Of a stretch of 64,000 bases of DNA, positions 57,215 through 64,000 are shown in pieces. The translations under genes were made by a program, and so were the position numbers. A model generated the notes under the pieces. It was not told the origin of the DNA. It made no database searches and worked only from the letters and a program-made list of their open reading frames with translations. Source of the stretch: Candidatus Eiseniibacteriota bacterium (GTDB lineage: Bacteria; Eisenbacteria; RBG-16-71-46; CAZAMP01); contig OZ245046.1 in assembly GCA_965224245.1 (NCBI GenBank), positions 2,944,001 through 3,008,000 on the forward strand, written 5' to 3'. How positions within the stretch are numbered: position 1 is the stretch's first letter; every line of letters begins with the position of its first letter.

Positions 57215-58492
57215 TCACACGGGGAACTGCACCACGAACGTCGTGCCCTCGCCCGGGGCCGACCGCTCCAGGAGGAGCCGGCCGCCGTGGTACTCCTCGA
57301 CGATGCGCCGGCTCAGCGACAGCCCCAACCCCCATCCGCGTCGCTTGGTCGAGTATCCCGGCTCGAACACGCGCCGCTGCTCGGCCGCGGTCATCCCGCG
57401 CCCGTTGTCGGTGATGCGGATGTCGACGGTCTCGGTGTGGGGCTCACGCTTCACCTCGACGTGGATGTGACCGTCCTCGCGGTCGACCGAATCCAGCGCG
57501 TTCTTGAGCAGGTTCTCCATCACCCACTCCATGAGCTCGCGGTTGATGTTGACCGGCGGAACCTCTTCCAGGTGCTCGGTGATCTCGACCGACGACTTCA
57601 TGTGCGGGAGACGGCGCATGAGATAGTGCGTGGCCTCCCCGACCACGGGAACGATGTCCTGTTGCAGGAGTCGCGGCGCCGACCCGACGTTGGAGAACCG
57701 GGCGGCGATCTTCTCCAGCCGTGCCGCGTCGTTGTCCATCTCCGACAGCACGTCGTCGAGGAACGTCCGGTCCAGGGCGACCGCCGCCGGTGACTGCTGC
57801 CCCTCCTCGGCCGACCGGACCTGCTCGCGCAGCACCTCCAGCCAGCCCATCAGCGACGAGATCGGGGTCCCGAGCTGGTGCGCGGTCTCCTTGGCCATGC
57901 CGACCCACACGCTGCGTTGCTCGTTCTCCTTGATCGAGCGGTAGCCGAGCACAGCCAGCAGCATGAAGATCGAGACCATCGAGAGCTCGATCAGCGGGAA
58001 GAACCGGAGCTGCCGGAGCAGCGGCGAGGTGCCGTAGTGCACGTGGCCGAAGTCGTTGAGATCGCCGGGCCGCTGGATCGGAATCGGATCGTTCTGCGCG
58101 TCCAGATCGGCGAGCTTGTCCAGCACGACGCGCAGCGCGCCCGTCTCGGGAGGGTTCTCGGGGTCGAGCGCGGAGATCTCGAAGTCGGTGACCTCGTCCA
58201 TCTCGACCCCGACGTGGCGCCACACGCGCGGCGTGCCGCTGCGATCGGTCAGGATCAACGGGAAGTCGATCTGCGAGATCACGTCCCGGTACGTCTGCTG
58301 GACCTTGGGGTCGGTCTCGCCGCTTCCCGTGGTCGACGCGGTGTTCGCGGCGAACTGCGCGAAGATGAACGAGACCGCCCGCGACTCCTCCTCGAGACGA
58401 CGCACGATGCGATCGGTGACGATCAGGAGTCCGGCGATGAGGACGATCCCGCCGATGAAGAGATAGTTGCGGAGCAGCTGTGACTTCTGCAT
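57215..58492 (-). CDS. Sensor histidine kinase (PorY-like)
   Basis: ETAHQLGTP, ENLLKNA, DNGRG, GWGLGLS. Confidence 0.92.
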   Translation of the reverse strand: MQKSQLLRNYLFIGGIVLIAGLLIVTDRIVRRLEEESRAVSFIFAQFAANTASTTGSGETDPKVQQTYRDVISQIDFPLILTDRSGTPRVWRHVGVEMDEVTDFEISALDPENPPETGALRVVLDKLADLDAQNDPIPIQRPGDLNDFGHVHYGTSPLLRQLRFFPLIELSMVSIFMLLAVLGYRSIKENEQRSVWVGMAKETAHQLGTPISSLMGWLEVLREQVRSAEEGQQSPAAVALDRTFLDDVLSEMDNDAARLEKIAARFSNVGSAPRLLQQDIVPVVGEATHYLMRRLPHMKSSVEITEHLEEVPPVNINRELMEWVMENLLKNALDSVDREDGHIHVEVKREPHTETVDIRITDNGRGMTAAEQRRVFEPGYSTKRRGWGLGLSLSRRIVEEYHGGRLLLERSAPGEGTTFVVQFPV

Positions 58493-58505
58493 GACACCCC
58501 GCGAC

Positions 58506-59372
58506 CTACTGCTCGACGAGCGCGGCCTTTCGCTGAGCCAGAAGCTCTTCCGCGAGCGAGCGGGCCAGCATCAGCGACTCGTCGCGCGGGCCGTCGATCG
58601 CGTGATGGAAGCGGCGTCGCCCGCCGAAGTCGACGACGGTCGCCTCCAGGTGGAGGGTCTCTCCCTGCTGCGTCATCAGCGCGGCGGCCAGCGTGGGACG
58701 TCCCTCTTTGAGCATGCGCACACACAGGCGCTCGGCCTCGACCTCGCGCCGGGCCAGTCGATCGTCGAGCTTGTGGGCCAGCGCCTTCAAGTTGTCGTCT
58801 CCCTCCCGCCCGACCAGCGACAGGGTTCCCTGGCCCGCGACCGGCATCATCAGGTCACTCGGGAGAATCTCGCTGACGCGATCCTGGATGCCCAGCCACT
58901 CGGCGTATGAGGCCGGCATGATGAGCGCGTCGATCTCCTCGTTCTCGAGCACCTCGAGACGATCCCGAACCGCCCCCGAGACGGTGACGACGCGAAGGTC
59001 GGGCCGGTAGAACAGGATCTGTGCGGCCTGGAGCGGGCCGTCGACACCGATGACCGCCCCCGCGCCGAACTCGTCCAGGAGGATCGCGTCGTCGGCCACG
59101 ACGGCCGAGAGCGGCGTGCGGCGCGGCGCGACCGCGAAGAGCGCCACGCCCTCGGGGAGCGTGAGTGGAAGATGGCGCGTCGGCATCACGACGCCGTCGT
59201 GGCTGCCGCGCACCAGTCGATCCAGCAGGACCTCGCTGTGGTCCATGGTGTTCGGGCGACCGAGGACCTCGGTCTCCACGTCGATCGGCGCGATACGCTC
59301 GGCCAGGAACCGCCACTGCTCGATCCCGAGGTCACCGGTGCCGATGCCGAGACGGATTCGGGCTGATGTCAT
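58506..59372 (-). CDS. HemC (porphobilinogen deaminase)-fold protein lacking catalytic residues
   Basis: RPDL, PVAGQG and AER scaffold present; SLKD, SSLRR, RGN and GGC motifs absent. Confidence 0.75.
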   Translation of the reverse strand: MTSARIRLGIGTGDLGIEQWRFLAERIAPIDVETEVLGRPNTMDHSEVLLDRLVRGSHDGVVMPTRHLPLTLPEGVALFAVAPRRTPLSAVVADDAILLDEFGAGAVIGVDGPLQAAQILFYRPDLRVVTVSGAVRDRLEVLENEEIDALIMPASYAEWLGIQDRVSEILPSDLMMPVAGQGTLSLVGREGDDNLKALAHKLDDRLARREVEAERLCVRMLKEGRPTLAAALMTQQGETLHLEATVVDFGGRRRFHHAIDGPRDESLMLARSLAEELLAQRKAALVEQ

Positions 59373-59516
59373 GGATCGAGATGCTCCAGAGCCGCCGGAG
59401 GCGGCGCAGTGGGTGGCCTAAAACTCCGCAAGACTTCGTGTTACCGCGAAGCTAGCACAGCCCTCCGAGAGAGGTCAATTCGCCGCTTCGACGGCGTTGC
59501 GGCGCTCGCCGCCGCG

Positions 59517-60572
59517 CTATCCCGGCGTCGGCCAGCGAGCCATCCGCCGCCCCAGCTCGAGCCCGGCGATCACGAGCACGCACAGCGCGGCCGCGGCGGC
59601 CGGACCGGTCAAGACCAGTCCCGTCACCGCGAGCACGATCCCCACGACCCAGAACGTCACGAACGTCGCGGTGACCGAGCCCTGCCTGGCGAACAGGCGA
59701 TGCGTCGTGTGGTCGCGCCCCCCCTGGGCCGGACTCCGGCCGGACGCGAGGCGCGTGACGACGACGAACGTGATGTCGGCGACCGGAACGAGGACCACCA
59801 CTGCGATCGCGCATGCATCCCAGAGCCCACCGGACAGCGCGATCGCACCCAGAGAGAAGTACCCGACGGCCTGCCCCAGCATCAGGGAGCCGGCGTCTCC
59901 CAGAAAGAGCTTGGCCCTGGACGTGACGTTGTACGGCAGGAATCCGATCGTGCCCAGCGCGAGCGCACCCGCCACGGCCGCGGCGGGATCGCCGGCCCAG
60001 AAGAGAGACAGTCCGGCCAGCGCGATCGCGGCGGTCCCGGGCGAGACGCCGTCGATGTTGTCGAGGAAGTTCACGGCGTTCTGAAACGCCGCGATCCAGA
60101 TCGTGCCGAGCGCGATGACGAGCGGGGCCGGTAGCCGGGATCCGAGCCCCACGGGCGCGCCCGGTGCCCCCGGGCCGCCGCCGGTCTCCAGCCACCCGGT
60201 GCCGGCGACCACGGCACACGCACCCAGTGCGGACGCGATCAGCTGACCGACGAACTTCTGCCGGGGGGAGAGCGGTGTTCGGTCGTCCACGAAGCCGACG
60301 ATGAACGCGACCGCGAGGCCGAGGACGGCCAGCCACGCGGTGACCCCCTGCGTGGCGGCGACCACGGCGGGAAGCGATGCCACGGCGATGGCGACGCCCC
60401 CCATCTTGGGCGTGACGACGCGATGGAAGCGATCGGGACGTGGCCGGTCGACGAGACCGAGCGTCGGGGCGAGGCGTCGGACGAGGGGAGTCAGGACCAG
60501 GGCCAGAGCGAGCGACGACCACACGACGAGCGATCCGAACGGACCGGGAAACGCGCGAGCGGCGTCGCTCAC
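59517..60572 (-). CDS. WecA/MraY-family polyprenyl-phosphate sugar-phosphate transferase
   Basis: GFVDD, NAVNFLDNIDG, FLGDAGS, DHTTHRL. Confidence 0.9.
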   Translation of the reverse strand: MSDAARAFPGPFGSLVVWSSLALALVLTPLVRRLAPTLGLVDRPRPDRFHRVVTPKMGGVAIAVASLPAVVAATQGVTAWLAVLGLAVAFIVGFVDDRTPLSPRQKFVGQLIASALGACAVVAGTGWLETGGGPGAPGAPVGLGSRLPAPLVIALGTIWIAAFQNAVNFLDNIDGVSPGTAAIALAGLSLFWAGDPAAAVAGALALGTIGFLPYNVTSRAKLFLGDAGSLMLGQAVGYFSLGAIALSGGLWDACAIAVVVLVPVADITFVVVTRLASGRSPAQGGRDHTTHRLFARQGSVTATFVTFWVVGIVLAVTGLVLTGPAAAAALCVLVIAGLELGRRMARWPTPG

Positions 60573-60588
60573 GACGGTCGCCGGCAGG

Positions 60589-61689
60589 TCAGTCGCGGAC
60601 GCTGGCCGATGCCGCCTGCGCGGCGTACGCAGATGGATCGGCGATCGACGGATCGGTCGCGCGCTGGGAGTCGATGTCCATGTCCGTGCTCAGCGACGTG
60701 AGCAGCGTGTGCGACGTGTCGCCGTTCTCCAGGAGAACGTGCTCGACGGTGCGCCGCAGCAGCGTGTCCAGATCGACCCGGGGGCGATACCCGACCATGC
60801 GGTTGATCTTGGTGAGGTCGGGTACCCGGCGCCGCACATCCTCGAAAGGCTGGTCGTAGACGGCGTCGAGCGGCATCCGCTCGATGATGGAATCGGACTG
60901 GACGATGTCGCGGATGCGCTCGGCCAACCCGACGATCGTGACCTCTTGGTCGGTGCCGATGTTGAAGACCTCGCCCACGGCCTCGTCGCAGTCGGCCAGC
61001 ATCTGCACGCCCCGCACGACGTCGCCGACGTACGAGAAGCAGCGAGACTGCCCGCCGTCACCGAACACCGTGATGGACTCGCCCGAGAGCGCCTGCTTCA
61101 CGAAGCGCGGGATGACCATGCCGTACTGCCCCACCTGCCGGGGACCGCACGTGTTGAAGCACCGGACCACGACGACCGGGAGGCTCTTTTCGCGGTAGTA
61201 GGCCATGGCCAGGAACTCGTCGACGGCCTTGCCCGCGGCGTACGCCCACCGCGACACGCTGGATGCACCGAGCACCGAGTCGTCGGACTCGCGAAGCGGC
61301 CGATCCGACCCCTTGCCGTACACCTCGGAGCTCGAGAACAAGACGACCTTCCGGACACCGGCCTCCGAGCACGCCCGAAGGACGATCTCGGCCCCCGAGA
61401 CGTTGTTGAGCAGGGATTCCAGGGATCTCTCGACGATGCGCTTGACCCCGACGGCCGCCGCCAGGTGAAACACGCGATCCATCGACGCGACGACCTCGTC
61501 GACGAGCGGGGCATCGAGGACGCTGCCTTCGATGAATCGAACGCTGTTCGCGTCTAGCAGGTGCTGGATGTTCGAGAGGCGGCCGGTGGAGAGGTCGTCC
61601 AGGATGGTCACGTCGTGCCCCAGGTTGACCAGATCATCGACCAGGTGGGATCCGATGAAGCCGGCGCCCCCAGTGACGAGTACCTTCAT
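60589..61689 (-). CDS. NAD-dependent NDP-sugar epimerase/dehydratase
   Basis: GGAGFIGSH, SSSEVYG, YAAGK. Confidence 0.92.
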   Translation of the reverse strand: MKVLVTGGAGFIGSHLVDDLVNLGHDVTILDDLSTGRLSNIQHLLDANSVRFIEGSVLDAPLVDEVVASMDRVFHLAAAVGVKRIVERSLESLLNNVSGAEIVLRACSEAGVRKVVLFSSSEVYGKGSDRPLRESDDSVLGASSVSRWAYAAGKAVDEFLAMAYYREKSLPVVVVRCFNTCGPRQVGQYGMVIPRFVKQALSGESITVFGDGGQSRCFSYVGDVVRGVQMLADCDEAVGEVFNIGTDQEVTIVGLAERIRDIVQSDSIIERMPLDAVYDQPFEDVRRRVPDLTKINRMVGYRPRVDLDTLLRRTVEHVLLENGDTSHTLLTSLSTDMDIDSQRATDPSIADPSAYAAQAASASVRD

Positions 61690-61871
61690 CTTAGGTTTCT
61701 CCCGCGCAATTCCGGCGGAGGCAGGTCCAACCGAGGTAAAGCGCCGAAAGCTCGTCCAGGTTCGGCGAATCAACCCCGGGAACCTATGTAACCCGGAGTC
61801 GAGTGTCAAGTTTCCAATCAATCGCGTGAAACCTACGAAGTTACAGTCACATGCGTCGACACGAGCCTCTT

Positions 61872-62996
61872 TTAGCCGACGCGGGAGACGTTCGCAACAT
61901 ATCTTTCGCGCAAATGCCCGGCGATGCGTGACGAGGCCTTCCCATCCCACAACCGGGGCATCGGGGTTTCGACGCCGGGATGAACCACTGCCCGCTCGAT
62001 CCCCTGCCGGATGCGAGACGGGTCGGTCCCCACGAGCTGATTGGTCCCTTCGTATATGGTGATCGGCCGTTCGGTGCTTTCCCTGACCGTTACGCACGGA
62101 ACCCGGAGATACGTGGTCTCCTCCTGGATGCCGCCGGAGTCGGTGATCACCAGTCGTGCGTCACGGGTGAGCCTGAGAAAGCTGTGATAGCCCTCCGGCT
62201 CCACCACCCGGAGGTCGCCGGCGGCCTCGATCAGGTCGTCGAACGGCGCGAGGCGCGCGCGCGTCCGCGGGTGCACCGGCAGCAGCACCGGAAGCTCGGC
62301 GGACAGCCGCGCGAGCTCTCCCAGGATTCCGGCCAGCACGTCCGGATCGTCCACGTTCGACGGTCGATGGAGCGTGCAGAGCGCGTAGCGTCCGGCCTCG
62401 AGGCCCAGACGCGTCAGCACGTCGTCCGCCTCGGCGGCCGGGAGGTGCCGGATCAGGGAGTCGATCATGACGTTGCCCACGAACGCGATCCGCGCGGCGT
62501 CGATGCCCTCGGCCAGGAGGTTCGGGGCCGCGTCCTCGCAGGACGTGTAGAGCCAGTCCGAGATCTGGTCGGTCAGGACGCGGTTGATCTCCTCGGGCAT
62601 CGAGCGGTCGCCGCTGCGGAGCCCGGCCTCGACGTGAACGACGTCGATTCCGGCGCGCTGGGCGACCAGTGCGCACGCGAGGGTCGAGTTGACGTCCCCG
62701 ACCACCAGCACGACGTCGGGGGCGAAACGGGTCAGAGCGGATTCGAACGCGACCATGATCGCCGCCGTCTGCCGCGCGTGCGTGTCGGATCCGACCTCGA
62801 GGTTCAGGTCGGGCTCTGGCAGGCCCAGCTGGTCCAGGAACACCTGGGACATCCGGCGATCGTAGTGCTGACCGGTATGCACGACGATGGGCTGGACTCG
62901 GTCCAGGCGCGAGAGCTCGGCATGGATGGGCGCGATCTTCATGAAGTTCGGTCGCGCGCCGGCGACGAGCACGATGCGGACGTTGTGATCGGACAC
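61872..62996 (-). CDS. wecB: UDP-N-acetylglucosamine 2-epimerase (non-hydrolysing)
   Basis: GARPNFMK, HVEAGLRS, DSGGIQEE. Confidence 0.95.
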   Translation of the reverse strand: MSDHNVRIVLVAGARPNFMKIAPIHAELSRLDRVQPIVVHTGQHYDRRMSQVFLDQLGLPEPDLNLEVGSDTHARQTAAIMVAFESALTRFAPDVVLVVGDVNSTLACALVAQRAGIDVVHVEAGLRSGDRSMPEEINRVLTDQISDWLYTSCEDAAPNLLAEGIDAARIAFVGNVMIDSLIRHLPAAEADDVLTRLGLEAGRYALCTLHRPSNVDDPDVLAGILGELARLSAELPVLLPVHPRTRARLAPFDDLIEAAGDLRVVEPEGYHSFLRLTRDARLVITDSGGIQEETTYLRVPCVTVRESTERPITIYEGTNQLVGTDPSRIRQGIERAVVHPGVETPMPRLWDGKASSRIAGHLRERYVANVSRVG

Positions 62997-63000
62997 GACC

Positions 63001-63456
63001 CTATCCCTCACGCAGTGACCAGTCGTAGGGGACCTCGTCGGACCTCGGCGCCACCCGGAACTCGTCGGGCTCGTCGTAGTTGTAGGGCTCGGTCGGGATG
63101 TTGATCAGGTACGCCGGCTCGGCCGAGATGCCCTTCATGCCATGCAGCACGAGAGGAGGGATCGTGACCAGCGTCGGGTTCTGCTCGCCGAGAAAGAACT
63201 CGGCGACGTCCCCGTGCGTCGGGGAGTCGGGGCGGCGATCGTACAGCACCACCTTGGCCATTCCCTTGACGATCACGAAGTGATCGGTCTGGATCGTGTG
63301 ATAGTGCCACCCCTTGACGACCCCGGGGTTGACGACGCTCAGGTATACCTGCCCGAACTTCTGGAAGAACGGATCGTCGCAGCGCAGCATCTCCATCAGG
63401 AACCCCCGCTCGTCGGGGATCACCTTGAGTCGTTTCGTATTGACGCCGTCAATCAC
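63001..63456 (-). CDS. dTDP-4-dehydrorhamnose 3,5-epimerase family (cupin)
   Basis: DERGFL, VKGWHYH, HG. Confidence 0.88.
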   Translation of the reverse strand: MIDGVNTKRLKVIPDERGFLMEMLRCDDPFFQKFGQVYLSVVNPGVVKGWHYHTIQTDHFVIVKGMAKVVLYDRRPDSPTHGDVAEFFLGEQNPTLVTIPPLVLHGMKGISAEPAYLINIPTEPYNYDEPDEFRVAPRSDEVPYDWSLREG

Positions 63457-64000
63457 CGCGCGGCACTCCGCGTCCGATGCCGATGTGCGTGAAGCCGAGC
63501 TCGGCCATCACCGAGGGCTCGTAGATGTTCTTGCAGTCGACGAGAATGGGCGTTCTCATGATGCGGTGGATCGCCTGAAGGTCGAGGTGGCGGAACTCGT
63601 TCCACTCGGTGGCGATCACCAGCGCATCGGCGCCCACGGCCACGTCCTCGGCCCGGCGACACGCGGAGAAGATGGAGCCGAGCTCGAGCGCCGCGTTCTC
63701 GGTGGCCACCGGATCGAACGCCTTCACCTCGGCGCCGTCCGCGTGCATGGCCCGGATCACGTCCAGCGCGACCGACTCGCGCACGTCGTCGGTGCCCGGC
63801 TTGAACGACAGTCCCAGGACGCCGACCACCTTGCCCTTCGCCGCGCCGAGCGCCTCCTTGAGCCGCGCGATGACCCGCCGCCGCTGCTCCACGTTGACCC
63901 GGATGGTGGCCTCGACCAGCTCCATCGGGTAGCCGTACTGGCGGCTGAAGAAGGCGAGCGCCCGGGTGTCCTTGGGAAAGCACGAACCGCCGTAGCCGGC
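63449..64000 (-). CDS. UDP-glucose/GDP-mannose dehydrogenase (partial)
   Basis: GYGGSCFPKD at window edge, GLSFKPGTDDVRES, TEWNEF. Confidence 0.93.
   Translation of the reverse strand, partial: AGYGGSCFPKDTRALAFFSRQYGYPMELVEATIRVNVEQRRRVIARLKEALGAAKGKVVGVLGLSFKPGTDDVRESVALDVIRAMHADGAEVKAFDPVATENAALELGSIFSACRRAEDVAVGADALVIATEWNEFRHLDLQAIHRIMRTPILVDCKNIYEPSVMAELGFTHIGIGRGVPRGD

Noticed and set aside
58506-59372. Functional hemC
   Set aside because: Catalytic Asp, substrate-binding Args and cofactor Cys are missing
61690-61871. AT-richer gap as an ops/JUMPstart element or ORF extension
   Set aside because: No GGCGGTAG-type motif seen; probably an ordinary promoter region

Overview
Very GC-rich bacterial DNA; the PorX/PorY-type pair, LptD and MgtE suggest an FCB/Gemmatimonadota-like diderm (inference). 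Bases 1 to about 20,214 are an integron-type cassette array of about 30 small minus-strand genes (GNATs, methyltransferases, VOC, DinB, DoxX, four toxin-antitoxin pairs, orphans) separated by attC-like sites. These sites are crisp near 20 kb and decay leftwards. No integrase lies at the array head, where clpB sits instead, so it is CALIN-like. Bases 20.4-64 kb are mostly core genes: clpB, trk/NhaC, M16 peptidases, mgtE, ECF sigma, phoD, lptD, ROK, folC, accD, rimI, a two-component pair and polysaccharide genes. Main unusual features: (1) a secreted UshA-like tetraheme protein with an in-frame TGA (C-G-U, likely selenocysteine) beside a C-G-C paralog; (2) one ORF fusing ECF sigma, Ser/Thr kinase, STAND ATPase and TPRs; (3) a catalytically dead HemC homolog abutting a sensor kinase; (4) a multi-LptA/LptD fusion. 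All calls come from reading motifs by eye; no searches were run.
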